64,000 bases of DNA from a virus (IMGVR_UViG_3300032782_000002); one strand, 5' to 3'; positions 41,261 to 51,842 are shown, counted from the stretch's first letter. The notes: generated by a model from the letters alone, not told the origin. Numbers and translations: made by a program.

Positions 41261-42237
41261 GGAATGTCTCCCTCGCGCACAGCGCGTGTTGCCTCGACGA
41301 CCAGCGCGCCGGGTGGATCGGTCTCGAACTCCATACCGGGGCGCAGCTCGACGTCCTCGCCGTTGGCGAGATGGCCGTGAGTCGATCCGGCCGTCCACGT
41401 GATCTGGACAACCTGATACACGTTGACCGTCCGCCCGAAGGCGAAGCGCAGGATGTCGCTGTGGGTCACCGTCGAGCGCCGAACCGTCACGAGCTTGCCG
41501 TTGACCGTGAAGTGCCGCGGCGGGTTGGGCAGCCAGCCCGTGACGTTTCCGTCGGTGTTGCAGCCGCACGCTTTCTCGCCCTTGCTCTCGTCGGCCCATG
41601 CGCGCCCAGACCACGAGCCCTTGTGATCCGGACACATGATCTCGCGCAGATCCTCACCGCCGTAGATGAGGCGCGCGAGCAGCGCGCTCTTGGTGATCTG
41701 CTGGAAGACGTTGGTAATGGACTCGGCGAAGTGCTCGTCGGCGATCATGGCCTGCACCGCGATGCTGCGATCGGCATCCAGAGCGGCGACGTTTCCCGTT
41801 TCCTGCTGATACAGGCTCCACACCTTCTGACCGTCCTCGGTGCTCATGGGACTGTCCATCCCGGGGTAGAGGGCGAGCTGCGTCCGCTCGACGCGCATGT
41901 TGATCGCCCGCTCCCAGAGGCGAAGCTTCTCGCAGTACTGGCTAACCGGCATGACCGGCTCGTTGAAGTGCACGGCGAGACGGGCGAGCATCAGGTCAGC
42001 TTCCTCGTCAGTCAACGGGGGAAGCCGGGGCCCGGTGGGAAGCGGACCCATCATCACGGCTCCTCCCGACTGGCAGAGCACGCTGTACAGACTCTTGTAC
42101 TCGGCCAGGACACGATCGAACGTCGCGCCATCCGACTCGTCGATGCGACGCACCGCGGTGACCGCGATGACCACGTGGCGCCACGCCTTGGCTTGCTGCA
42201 CGACCACGTTGAGCATGTCGACGGGATCTGTATCCAT
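41257..42237 (-). CDS. Hypothetical protein with C-terminal multi-ubiquitin-like domain
   Basis: HFTVNGKLVTV..TVTHSDILRFA..GHLANGEDVELRPGMEF. Confidence 0.6.
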   Translation of the reverse strand: MDTDPVDMLNVVVQQAKAWRHVVIAVTAVRRIDESDGATFDRVLAEYKSLYSVLCQSGGAVMMGPLPTGPRLPPLTDEEADLMLARLAVHFNEPVMPVSQYCEKLRLWERAINMRVERTQLALYPGMDSPMSTEDGQKVWSLYQQETGNVAALDADRSIAVQAMIADEHFAESITNVFQQITKSALLARLIYGGEDLREIMCPDHKGSWSGRAWADESKGEKACGCNTDGNVTGWLPNPPRHFTVNGKLVTVRRSTVTHSDILRFAFGRTVNVYQVVQITWTAGSTHGHLANGEDVELRPGMEFETDPPGALVVEATRAVREGDIP

Positions 42238-42246
42238 GGTGTGCGC

Positions 42247-43521
42247 TCACCTCAAAACGGTGAGTCTCTCCTGGCCGCGTGTCGCGGCCGTGTACATCCA
42301 GCGCGCGAACTCGTTGTGGCTCTCGGGCATGTCGACCAGCACGATCGCGTGCTCGAACTGCGAGCCCTGGCTCTTGTGCACCGTCAGGCAGTAGCCGAAG
42401 TCGAAGAAGTCACCGGCCTCGCGGATGGTGCGCACGCGGATGCCGCGCTCGTTCAGCTCCTCGACGGAGGCGAAGACGCCGTCGCGGTTGAACTGCGGCG
42501 CGCAGAGCGAGCGTGTGTGGGCCTCGATCCCCTCGTCGGGAAAGCCGATGTGCACGTCGAGCAGCCAGGGCCTGCCACCCGGGTTGGACTCGGCTTCGAG
42601 CACGCCGCGCATGCCGTTGTAGACGGGGGCGCGGTTACGCAGGCAGATGAGCGGCTCGCCCAGGTGCGGCGGCCCCTTGAGCCCGCGCGACTGGCGCGCC
42701 AGCCCGTTCAGCTGGATGCGCTGGCGGTTGGTCCAGCACAGGACCCCGACCGAGAGCGCCGGCACGTCCGCGACCGACTTGAGCACGGACTGCACGTCGC
42801 GGCGGCTGCGGATGGCCACGCGACCGTCGGACGACTTGAAGGTGCCGATGCGGCGGCCCTCGCGGATGTGGTGGGCGAAGGCGATGATGGGGTTGCCCTC
42901 CGCCTGGCGGTGGATGACCTCCAGCCGGACGTCGGGGTTCTGCATGAGCGCCCCCGCTGCGCGAACCGGGGGCAGCTGGCCGTGATCACCCACCGCGATG
43001 ATGGGCACGCCGTGCTGCTGCAGATCGAGCAGGATCTCGTCGGAGACCATCGACGCCTCGTCCACGACGATGAGGTCGTAGGAGCGATCGAGGTGCTCGC
43101 GCTTGGTCCAGCCGAGCAGCTCGTCCTTGTCGTTGATGACGGGCTTGTAGAGGAGTCGGTGGATGGTGCCGACGAAGGCGGGACCGCTGTCGCGATCGGT
43201 CAGGTCCTTGTCGAAGTAGGTCATCGCGGCGACCGCCGACAGGTACTCGTCCTCTTCGTCCTTGCGCGTCTTGAGGGTGAAGCGGACGCCCGCGTTGTGC
43301 AGACTGCGCGACAGCTGGCTGGCGGCGCGGCCGGTGAACGCGATGTAGGCCACGAGGAGCTTGGCCTGCTGGGCCATGCGCGCGAAGACGCCGGTGACGG
43401 TCGTCTTGCCAGTGCCGCCGAGACCCCCGCAGGTGAGCAGAGGCTTGCCGCTGTCGGCATGCCCCGTCATCGCGTCGAACATAACGCGCTGATCGGCGGA
43501 GAGGTCGGCTACGGTCATCAT
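42247..43521 (-). CDS. RecD/Dda-like SF1B helicase
   Basis: GLGGTGKT, AFTGRAA, TIHRLLY, VDEASMV, GDHGQLPPV, IHRQ, YCLTVHKSQGSQF, YTAATR. Confidence 0.93.
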   Translation of the reverse strand: MMTVADLSADQRVMFDAMTGHADSGKPLLTCGGLGGTGKTTVTGVFARMAQQAKLLVAYIAFTGRAASQLSRSLHNAGVRFTLKTRKDEEDEYLSAVAAMTYFDKDLTDRDSGPAFVGTIHRLLYKPVINDKDELLGWTKREHLDRSYDLIVVDEASMVSDEILLDLQQHGVPIIAVGDHGQLPPVRAAGALMQNPDVRLEVIHRQAEGNPIIAFAHHIREGRRIGTFKSSDGRVAIRSRRDVQSVLKSVADVPALSVGVLCWTNRQRIQLNGLARQSRGLKGPPHLGEPLICLRNRAPVYNGMRGVLEAESNPGGRPWLLDVHIGFPDEGIEAHTRSLCAPQFNRDGVFASVEELNERGIRVRTIREAGDFFDFGYCLTVHKSQGSQFEHAIVLVDMPESHNEFARWMYTAATRGQERLTVLR

Positions 43522-43684
43522 CGGAAGAGATCCTCGCGCAGATCATCGCGGTATCGCGCGAGCGTCAGGCCGTGCTTCTTGGCACAGCCGCCGCAGACGA
43601 GCGCGCCCTCGCAGATCACGAGCGGCTCGTCCGGTGTGGGCGTGGCGCCGCACACCTCGCAGGTATCTTCGTTATCGTTGGGCA

Positions 43685-43858
43685 TCAGTCGGGCAGCTTC
43701 ACCTTGAGGATCTTGGCGGCCTCGCGCAGCCGCTCGCGGTCGGCGGCGGCGCGGATGGCGTCTACACCCTCCTCGACAGCGCGCCGGACCGTCCGGGGAT
43801 CCAGCTCGGCGTGTGCCGCCAGGAGCTTGATGGTCTTGTCGTCCAGCTCGCGCTTCAT
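43685..43858 (-). CDS. Small HTH-like protein
   Basis: IKLLAAHAELDPRTVRRAVEEG. Confidence 0.55.
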   Translation of the reverse strand: MKRELDDKTIKLLAAHAELDPRTVRRAVEEGVDAIRAAADRERLREAAKILKVKLPD

Positions 43859-44781
43859 CACGCGGCCTGGCGCTCGACGATGCGGACGAAGCCGTACTTG
43901 TCGATGACCGGCTTCTTGCGGTCGTGGTTGAGGTAGAGATCCCACGTACGCGGGAAGAGCCCCGAGATGAAGTGGCCCACGGCGTAGGCGTACTGGCGGA
44001 TCTCCCACTGCGCGTTGTCGTCCGAGCGCAGCGTCAGGAACGCGAGCCAGTTGCGCAGATCGGTCTTGGCGCGCATGACGGAGTAGCGCGCGACGGGCAC
44101 CGGGCAGCGCGCGATCTCTTTCGGGATGCCGATCTTGAGCCCCTCCTCGTAGACCTCCTGGGACAGGGCGTACGCCGCGTGCAGCCGTTCGAGCCACGCG
44201 AGCACTTGCGTGTGGGTCAGCTCCCCGGCGCCGTCGGCGCGCGCGGCCTGCTTGTTCTTGGCGTTGACGACGAGACAACGATCCACCGACGGGCTGTAGT
44301 TCTCGTCGGGCAGTGGCGTGTAGCGTGCACTCATCTCGTTATAAGATTGCACCCTGTGCCTGTGCCACTCGCGGAAGACGAAGATGGGCGCCTTGACCTC
44401 GATGATCATCTCGCCCATCTCGAAGGGCGTGTCGTGGCGATTCTCGTACAGGTGGGTGAGGAGCTTCTCGTCACCCGGCTTGTTGACGAAGAGAGACCGT
44501 CCCTGAGCGTCGCGTGCGGTGCCGCCGTGGCACTGCTTGCAGAGCGAGCCGGGCCCGTTCTCGGGTTCGTTGGTGCCGCGACCGTTGCAACGGCTGCAGA
44601 TCTCCAGCTCGCCCCACCCCTTGAAGCCCTTGCCGGTAGACATGCGCGCGGCCTCGATGATGCTCTCGTCGGAGCCCATGTGGTCGATGAGCCGCACGTA
44701 ACCGTAGTCGAGCAGCTTGACCGTGGCCTGAACGTAGACGCTCGCCGTCTTAGCGATAGCGGGGGTGTCGGTCGTCGTCAT
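43858..44781 (-). CDS. thyX: Flavin-dependent thymidylate synthase with zinc-finger insertion
   Basis: HDTPFE, APIFVFREWHRHRVQSYNEMSARY, LRNW..LR..AQWEIR. Confidence 0.95.
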   Translation of the reverse strand: MTTTDTPAIAKTASVYVQATVKLLDYGYVRLIDHMGSDESIIEAARMSTGKGFKGWGELEICSRCNGRGTNEPENGPGSLCKQCHGGTARDAQGRSLFVNKPGDEKLLTHLYENRHDTPFEMGEMIIEVKAPIFVFREWHRHRVQSYNEMSARYTPLPDENYSPSVDRCLVVNAKNKQAARADGAGELTHTQVLAWLERLHAAYALSQEVYEEGLKIGIPKEIARCPVPVARYSVMRAKTDLRNWLAFLTLRSDDNAQWEIRQYAYAVGHFISGLFPRTWDLYLNHDRKKPVIDKYGFVRIVERQAA

Positions 44782-44827
44782 GGAGCCTCCAAGCTCTTGC
44801 GCATCTTGCTCCTCTTGCGCAGGAGCG

Positions 44828-45366
44828 TCAAGCCGCTTTGGTGCCCTTGCGAGCCTTTTTCTTGGCGGCGCGTGCCTCGCGCGCGGCCGCTTCGTTGGCG
44901 GGCCAGGACAGCGTCATCTTCACCCGGGTGCCGTGGTCCGACATGATGGCCAGGAAAAAGTTGACGAAGTCCACCTCGCCGACCTGCTCGTAGATCTCGT
45001 TCATCTTGTAGGCCGCAGCCTTGCGCGATTCGTCGCTCATCGTCGTCCTCCTGCTACACGCCCTGCGGCGCGCTGTTCCTTGTACAGGCGCATCAGATTG
45101 CGCCCGAGCTGCGTCGTCTCCAGCCACACCGTGTCGCGCGTGTCGACCCAGGTGGTGAGGAGCTTGTAGTGGAGCAGCCACACGATCTGGCCGGCATCGG
45201 GCGAGTCGATGCTGTCGATCTGCCGCTGCCCCCAGCAGGTCTCCAGTACGCGAACGTCGCTCGGCGACATGCGCTCATCGAGCTTGAGCGCCAGGGCGCT
45301 CTCCATGTCACTCGGGCCCGTCCCGCGGCGCTTGGCTGCCAGCTGTACCGGTTCGTCGTCGTTCAT
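44828..45366 (-). CDS. Two small hypothetical genes (44828-45040, 45037-45366)
   Basis: Overlapping start/stop packing. Confidence 0.5.
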
Positions 45367-48300
45367 CCGAAGTCACTCCATCGCACGCCGTACTTGAGAT
45401 CGATCGGCATCACCCACTGCTTGCCGTTGGTCGGCGTCGTGATCGTCTCGCCCCACACGCTCTGAATGAGCGAGACGGTCTTGAGGGCTACGGCGCCTTC
45501 GAGCACGCCCTGCATGACGGGCTTGCCGTCCTTCAAGACGGGCTTGCCGTCCTTCATCTTGGGCTGCTGGATGATGCGGCCGGGCGCCTCGGTGATGCAC
45601 GCGTCGTGGATCTGCGCCACGAACTTGGCCCTCTTGGGAAGGTGGGGGTGGATGCGCTGCAGCCGATCATTCATCAGCGCGGCGATGCCACCCTGCACGC
45701 AGTTACCCGTCACAAACACGCATCCCTCGCGGCGAGCGACAAAGTACGTGTTGGCCACCACAGGGCACCACACGCGTGTGGTGGCTTGCCATCGGCGAAC
45801 TTGGTTGATCGCCTTGTGATTGCGCCCGTAGCGCTGCGGGTGCGCGATCACCTGCGCCGTATCCCGACTGAGAATCGTGACGAGCCACCCGCCCGTCCCG
45901 CGAGGCCGATTCTTCATCTGCGGCGACTTCACGGCGAGCTGCCCCTTCTTCCAGCGCATGTTTGCGGCCTTGCCGCACAGCGTGCACAACGTGACGAAAG
46001 CGTCTGCAGCCTCTTTGGATCGACAGAAGAACGTCGGAGACGATGGGGACGAGCGGCAGCCATCTCCGTCGAGCATCGTGTGCATCAAGAGCTGCAGCTG
46101 ATCCGCCGTCAGCGCGAGCATGAAGTCCATTGTCAACAGCCGCTGCGGGAAGAGGGATCGCACCACGTGGGCCGTCTCGGTCCCGTTGTACATGTGCCAG
46201 TCGACCTTGCCCGTCGTGGGATCATGGCTGCGCCCAACCCGCGGACCGATACGAGCCATCAGTGCATCGATACGGGCGACCTTCTTCCGATTCCCACGGC
46301 GGCTCTGCGTGACTGTAATCACGTTCGACCCGATGTGGCCGTCCGTCAGCACCCAGCCCACCAGCTCGACGAAGTCGTCCGTGTAGGTCTTGCAGCTCGC
46401 GCCAGAGTACGTGCCGGTGCGGTGTATCGAGTAGTCGAGATTGCCTGCCGCCAGCTCGTGTGTTCGCAGGCACTTGTTCTTGCCGGTACGGCGGTGCCGC
46501 GTCAGCCACCTATGGTCTGGCGTCGTCACAGCGTTGAACGATCGCGATCGGAACTCAATCAGCTCACCGACGTAGTTGTGGATCAGATTCATCCGCGTGA
46601 TCGGCTTCCACTCGAACTGATCGGTGTCCGCGTTCTTCGACAGCAGCATGTCGCCTGGCTTCAGGTCAAAGCCGGGCACCCATCCGCGCCGTGTGAGCGC
46701 CTCTGTCTTGTCGTCCAGGCAGTAGTTCGAGACGTCCGTGATGGCCGGGTACCACCCCAGCCACCGGATGCGGTTCGAGAAAAACTCACGCAGATGACCG
46801 TGGCGCTTGCAGTACGCCATGTTCTCCTGGCAGAACTCGTAGTAGCGCGCGTAGATCTTGTGAATCTGCGCGAACATCGCCTCGACGTCGGGCAGCGTGA
46901 CGTCGAAGCCCTTGCTGCGCAGGAACTTGAAGATGGTCTCGGAGTCGGCCTGGTAAAGGATGCCGAAGCCGGCGTTCTTGGCGACGTCGCGGAAGGGCTT
47001 GCCGCACTTGCACTCGCTCTTGGCGTCGCCCTGCTCACCGTGCCGCGGGCAGTACTTGCCCTTGGGATCGCTCTCCAGCACATCGCGCGCGTCGGGGAAG
47101 AGGATCTTGGCGTTCGACGTGTGCACGTCGCCCGACTCGCATGACGCGATGAAGTTCTCGTCGCCCGAGAGGTACGCGGCCATGCGCATCTCGGACTGCG
47201 ACAGGTCGAAGTAGATGAGCACGTGACCGGGCGCCGCCATGTACAGCTCGCGTACGCGATCTTCGAGCGCGCGCGACCAGCGCGGCAGGTTCATGAGGTT
47301 GGGTCGCGAGCAGGAGAAGCGCCCGGTGACGGTGCCAAACGCCTTCCACGAGGGATGCACGCGTCCGTCCTTGCCGGGGCGGATGCTGTCGATGAACGTG
47401 CGCTTGGTCTTCTGGGTTGCGCGCCAGCGCAGGATCAGATCGGCGAGCTTGCCGGCGCGCGTGGTGTCGCCCTTGACGGCTTCGAGGGTACGAGAGCTGG
47501 TGGAGGCTAGGCCCGTCTTGGTGATCTCGATGGGCTTGATGTTGTACTGCCCGAAGAGGGCCGCCCGGAGATCGCCGGGTCGGGCGGGATGGAAGTCGCT
47601 GCGGCCGACCAGCATGCGCATCTGCCCGAGCAGCGCGCCCGCACGGAACCGCAGCTTCTGCGACAGCTCCTCGGCCAGCTTCATGTCGAACGAGAAGCCG
47701 GCGGCCGCCATGCCGCGGCAGATGGCAGCGCTGCGCATGTCCCCCGCATAGACATCCAACTCGGATCGCAGATCGGCTTGCTGCCGGCGCCAGGCCACAG
47801 CATTCGCACGGACGTCGATGGAATTATACAGGTCGAGATCTTCGCTCGACATCCAGCGGCTCTGTACGCCGCCCTTCTCCTCGGCGCCTTTGGCCTTGAA
47901 CTCAGCCTTCCAAGGACCGATGTCGACGTACATCGAGGCCAGATGGTCCAAGCCCTGACGCAGGTGCGACGCGTATGTGTGGTGCGCGATGAGACTGTCG
48001 AAGATCTTGTCCTCGGCTGGATGAATGTCGTAGCGGTCGAGCACCAGCATATCGAAGCTGGCGAAGTTGTGGCCTCCCGCGACATGACCGGCGGCGAGGA
48101 ACTTGTTGATGACGGCGCCCATCTCGCGCAGCACCTTCTGCGCCTTGCGCCGCTGCTGGGGCGTCTCGCGCGGCGGCGACGCGAGTACGACGCGCACGTC
48201 GTCATCCTTGACGATCTCGCCGTCGGGGACTTCGGAGATGCCGAGCATCGTCATCTTGTCCACGAGCGGCTCGGGGCCAAGCGTCTCGACGTCGATGATG

Positions 48301-49532
48301 ACTTGCTTGGTACGGATGGTCTTCAACTGCACCTGCAGATCGGTGACCGTGCGCGCTACCGCGTACGGTCCGTCGTCGAGCAGCACCAGCTCGCCGCGCG
48401 CCGCGCGACCGGCGCGCTTGATGTCCACGCGCAACATCGGCAGGAGCTGCTCGCCACCACGCAGCACGTAGGCCGGGTGGATGGTGGGGATGCAGGTGCG
48501 ACCGGCCAGCTGGGCTCGCGCCTGCAGTCGCCAGAGGCTCTGCTCGCAGCGATCGATGGCCGCCGCGAACTTCTTGGGATCGAGGGTCTTGCGCTTGACC
48601 AGCGCGCGCTCACCCGCCTTGACCTTCGAGGCATCGATCTCGGGCAGCGTCCAGACCAGACCGCGGGTCTTGAGGATGGAGCCCTTGCCGAGCATGACAC
48701 GCGCGGCGGGGGCGCCGAGGGCTAGGATGGGGATCTTGGGGTCCAGGCGGGAAAGCTCGTTGGACAGCCGCGCCGAGCAGCACGCTGCCGCACGATCCTT
48801 CTCCCAGTCCGTGTCGCCCCTGCACGCCCCTGCGTTAGTCAAGTGGCACTGGCCGCGCGAGACACCGGCGTCGATGAGCAGCTTGGTCAGCATGGAGCCG
48901 CTCGGGCCCACGAAGGGACGGCCCTCTTGGATCTCCATGCGGCCGGGCCCCTCGCCGATGACGATCAGCTTGGTCTGTCCGGGACCACCCGACGCCCAGG
49001 TCGGAGGCACGGGCGTATGCCGGCCCTTGAGCGGGCACTCGTCGCAGCGGGCACCGAAGGCGCGCGGATCGTAGGCGCCCATCTGGGCAGCTGCGACCAC
49101 CGCATCGGGGACAGGGGCAATGAGCGTCGTCGGCGAGTTCTCCCTCGCCTTCTGCAGCAGCTCCTCGGGCGAGGGCGGCAACCTGGGGACGGGTCGGGCC
49201 GCGTCGCCGGGGTGCGCCTTGTTGACGATCTCGGCGAGGATCTGGGCGTGGCAGGGCTGAGGCAAGCACCAGCACCCGAGGATCTTGCCGCGCAGCTCGC
49301 GCTTGGCGCGCTCGACGATCTCGGGGTGCCGCGCGAGATGCTCGCGGTACTTGGCGAGCGCCTCCTCGCGTGTGGCGACGATGTTCTCGGGGCGGACGAA
49401 GCGGGCGTCGGCCTTGGTGGCGTACGGGTTACTCCAGACGGAGGGGCGCGTGACGCGCACGAGCCGACGCTGCTGACGGGCAATGGCGACGTCGTCGCCG
49501 TTGCTCATGTTGATGACCTCGACAGCAGGCAT
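45363..49532 (-). CDS. polA: DNA polymerase A fused to N-terminal DUF4326 and family-4 uracil-DNA glycosylase domains, with 3'-5' exonuclease and an intein
   Basis: RPSVWSNPY..LRGKILGCWC.P..CHA; IGEGPG..E..GRPFVGPSG..HPAY; IDVET; TGRFS..PNLMNLP; DLSQSEMR; R..AKNAGFGILY; QIHDA. Confidence 0.93.
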   Translation of the reverse strand: MPAVEVINMSNGDDVAIARQQRRLVRVTRPSVWSNPYATKADARFVRPENIVATREEALAKYREHLARHPEIVERAKRELRGKILGCWCLPQPCHAQILAEIVNKAHPGDAARPVPRLPPSPEELLQKARENSPTTLIAPVPDAVVAAAQMGAYDPRAFGARCDECPLKGRHTPVPPTWASGGPGQTKLIVIGEGPGRMEIQEGRPFVGPSGSMLTKLLIDAGVSRGQCHLTNAGACRGDTDWEKDRAAACCSARLSNELSRLDPKIPILALGAPAARVMLGKGSILKTRGLVWTLPEIDASKVKAGERALVKRKTLDPKKFAAAIDRCEQSLWRLQARAQLAGRTCIPTIHPAYVLRGGEQLLPMLRVDIKRAGRAARGELVLLDDGPYAVARTVTDLQVQLKTIRTKQVIIDVETLGPEPLVDKMTMLGISEVPDGEIVKDDDVRVVLASPPRETPQQRRKAQKVLREMGAVINKFLAAGHVAGGHNFASFDMLVLDRYDIHPAEDKIFDSLIAHHTYASHLRQGLDHLASMYVDIGPWKAEFKAKGAEEKGGVQSRWMSSEDLDLYNSIDVRANAVAWRRQQADLRSELDVYAGDMRSAAICRGMAAAGFSFDMKLAEELSQKLRFRAGALLGQMRMLVGRSDFHPARPGDLRAALFGQYNIKPIEITKTGLASTSSRTLEAVKGDTTRAGKLADLILRWRATQKTKRTFIDSIRPGKDGRVHPSWKAFGTVTGRFSCSRPNLMNLPRWSRALEDRVRELYMAAPGHVLIYFDLSQSEMRMAAYLSGDENFIASCESGDVHTSNAKILFPDARDVLESDPKGKYCPRHGEQGDAKSECKCGKPFRDVAKNAGFGILYQADSETIFKFLRSKGFDVTLPDVEAMFAQIHKIYARYYEFCQENMAYCKRHGHLREFFSNRIRWLGWYPAITDVSNYCLDDKTEALTRRGWVPGFDLKPGDMLLSKNADTDQFEWKPITRMNLIHNYVGELIEFRSRSFNAVTTPDHRWLTRHRRTGKNKCLRTHELAAGNLDYSIHRTGTYSGASCKTYTDDFVELVGWVLTDGHIGSNVITVTQSRRGNRKKVARIDALMARIGPRVGRSHDPTTGKVDWHMYNGTETAHVVRSLFPQRLLTMDFMLALTADQLQLLMHTMLDGDGCRSSPSSPTFFCRSKEAADAFVTLCTLCGKAANMRWKKGQLAVKSPQMKNRPRGTGGWLVTILSRDTAQVIAHPQRYGRNHKAINQVRRWQATTRVWCPVVANTYFVARREGCVFVTGNCVQGGIAALMNDRLQRIHPHLPKRAKFVAQIHDACITEAPGRIIQQPKMKDGKPVLKDGKPVMQGVLEGAVALKTVSLIQSVWGETITTPTNGKQWVMPIDLKYGVRWSDFG
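45702..46721 (-). mobile_element. Intein (340 aa) with LAGLIDADG endonuclease
   Basis: SNY/CLDDKTEALT ... VTTPDHRW ... LVGWVLTDG, LMHTMLDGDG ... VFVTGN/CVQG. Confidence 0.9.
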
Positions 49533-49535
49533 GGC

Positions 49536-49977
49536 CTACCCGATCATCGAGGCCGCCGCAGAGACGTCCGACGCACGCACGAGCGCGCGGACGCACATGG
49601 CGACCATGTTGTCGAGATCGATGCTCTCGGCCTTGACGATCCCCGCCACCGTGGGCGTGTCGCCCTGCCCGATGACCACGACGAACACGCCGCCCACGCA
49701 GGGCTGCGCGGTCAGACTTGCGACGGTCGCCTGGGCGAGCCGCACCACCTCGTCGTTGATCGCCGCGTCACTCATCACCCCTCTTGATGTCGGCCGCTGG
49801 CCTGTCGTCGCGTGTGGCGTTGATGACGTGTCCGAGCTTGCCGAGGGGCACCGGCTTGACGCCGTCGTAGACGACGACGTCCTTGGCCTCCATGAGCTTG
49901 CGCACCGCGATGGTCCGCTTCTCGGCGTAGATGATGAACTGGCGCCCGCCGTCGAGCGTCACGCGGTAGCGGCGCAT
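49536..49977 (-). CDS. Two small hypothetical genes (49536-49778, 49768-49977)
   Basis: Packed ORFs upstream of polA. Confidence 0.5.
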
Positions 49978-50357
49978 GGGATCAGCGGGTGTCGTTGTCG
50001 GCTTGCTGGTCGTGGAAGGGGCAGTCCTCATGGACGCCGCAGGTGCACTCCACCTCGGCCTGCACGACGGGGATCCCGGGGCTCGGCGAACCGGCCGAGT
50101 CTCCGTACAGGAGCCTGAAGCCGCTGTTCACGTTGGAATCGCGGATGGCCTTGCCTTCGAAGAGCGACAGCTGCTGCATCGACTTTGCCTCCGTGGATCG
50201 GCACCGAGTCGAACGGCGCTCGGCCGCGCGCGGGAAGAAACGAGAAAGACCCGCATCGCGACCTGTCCGAAGAGCGCCCACCAAGGCGCCCCCGATCCAG
50301 ACACGGCCATGGCCGGGCGGCGCGAACCGACCGGCCATGGACCATGGCTCGCTTCGC

Positions 50358-50912
50358 CTAGCGGCGGCCGGCCTTGCCCTTCGCAGCCGGCTTCTTGGCC
50401 GCCTGGCGGGCGGGCGGAGCCGCAGCCGGCTCCTCGTCGCTCTCGCCGCGCGGCAGGCGGTACTCCACGTTCTCGCGCTGCTCGCCGTTGGCGTCGGCCT
50501 TGTGCACCACGGTGATGTCGAGCTTCTGGCCGTTGATGGCCTGGATCAGCTCCTCCAGGTCGCCCTTGTTGCTGATCTGGCGCGGCACGAGGTCCATGGA
50601 CAGACCCATGCGCTCCAGCATCGTGCGCAGGCGCAGCTTGTGACCGCGGAACTTGCTGTCGTCCGAGAGGACGAGGAAGTCCGAGATCGAGGCGCCGACG
50701 AACTGCTCGTTGTCCTCGTTGCCGTCGGCGACGGCCTCGGCCGTCCACTCGATGACGAGCATCGGCAGGTTGTCCTTCTTGGTGCCCTTGACGCTCGCGG
50801 CGGCCTCGCAGGTGAACCGACCGGCGCCGATGCGCGGCGGCACGGTGGAGACGTCGTAGTCGACCGGCGTGAAGTCGTAGGTCGCGTCGTGGCTGTTCTG
50901 AGCAGTGGCCAT
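50358..50912 (-). CDS. SSB-like (DUF669-type) protein
   Basis: G.F...A....TKKDNLPMLVIEW pattern; directly downstream of the AAA_24 gene. Confidence 0.6.
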   Translation of the reverse strand: MATAQNSHDATYDFTPVDYDVSTVPPRIGAGRFTCEAAASVKGTKKDNLPMLVIEWTAEAVADGNEDNEQFVGASISDFLVLSDDSKFRGHKLRLRTMLERMGLSMDLVPRQISNKGDLEELIQAINGQKLDITVVHKADANGEQRENVEYRLPRGESDEEPAAAPPARQAAKKPAAKGKAGRR

Positions 50913-50927
50913 TGGGATTGTCCTTGT

Positions 50928-51842
50928 CTACTTGCGAATGTTGTTGTTGTTGTGGGTTGGTCTTGTGCTTGTCGTGCTTGTCGTTTTCGCAGCGACGGGA
51001 GGCCGTGCCGGAGTGCCGTTGCTCTTCGCAGCGGTGGCGGGCGCCGTCGTGCCGTTGGTCTTGATCTTGGGCCTGAAGGCCCCGGGGATGGACAGCTTGT
51101 CCATCAGCACCGCGAAGTCGGCGGGGATCTCGGAGGCGCCGCGGTAGCCGCGCACGCCGGGGCCCGTCGCACCCTGGGGCGTCGTCACGAAGACGCGCTG
51201 CCCCTGGTCGTTCATCTGCATCCAGAGCTTGTGGGGGAACATGCCATGGACGATGGCGCGCATCTCCTTGTTGGGGAGCATGGGCACCTTGTCGGGGCCG
51301 CCGCGCTTGGCCGCGTCGCCGACGTCCATATAGTGGCTCACGACCACGACGTGGCAGGGCAGGTTGAGCAGCTGGTAGATGATCTGGCGCGCGCGCTTGG
51401 TCGCTTCGGGATGCGCACGGCGGCCGTCCTCGTTGCCGTCCTTGGTCTTGGTCCAGCCGAACGCCTGGTCGGTGAGGCGGTCCGCCCAGAAGTTGAACGG
51501 GTCGACCACGAGGCTCGCGATCTCTCCAGCGTCGGCGGCGACGCGCGCTTCCTGCACCGCCTTGAGCATGCTCTCGTAGGTGCCGACGCTCTGGAAGCTC
51601 AGCACCTTGTCGATGTCGCGTTCCGACAGCCCCTCGTCCTCGCGCATGGCGACACGCGCGTAGTCGAGCGAGCTGTCGCTCTCGCAGAGCAGGACACCGA
51701 CCGGGCGAGGCACGGTGCAGACCGCCACGGTCGTCTTTCCGATTCCTGCCGAGCCCAACAGGAGAGCTTTGACACGAACCGTTTTCTCCAGCGCACTCGC
51801 GGGCTGGAAGGGCATCGGGACCTTCTTTCTCGCATCCGTCAC
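50928..51842 (-). CDS. AAA_24 / Sak4-like P-loop ATPase (recombinase/annealase)
   Basis: LLLGSAGIGKTT, LVVDP, HVVVVSH. Confidence 0.75.
   Translation of the reverse strand: MTDARKKVPMPFQPASALEKTVRVKALLLGSAGIGKTTVAVCTVPRPVGVLLCESDSSLDYARVAMREDEGLSERDIDKVLSFQSVGTYESMLKAVQEARVAADAGEIASLVVDPFNFWADRLTDQAFGWTKTKDGNEDGRRAHPEATKRARQIIYQLLNLPCHVVVVSHYMDVGDAAKRGGPDKVPMLPNKEMRAIVHGMFPHKLWMQMNDQGQRVFVTTPQGATGPGVRGYRGASEIPADFAVLMDKLSIPGAFRPKIKTNGTTAPATAAKSNGTPARPPVAAKTTSTTSTRPTHNNNNIRK

Noticed and set aside
41245-43707. Long antisense ORFs (e.g. 820 aa at 41245, 649 aa at 10775, 628 aa at 49989, 603 aa at 56719)
   Set aside because: Shadow ORFs opposite well-supported genes, typical of ~70% GC DNA
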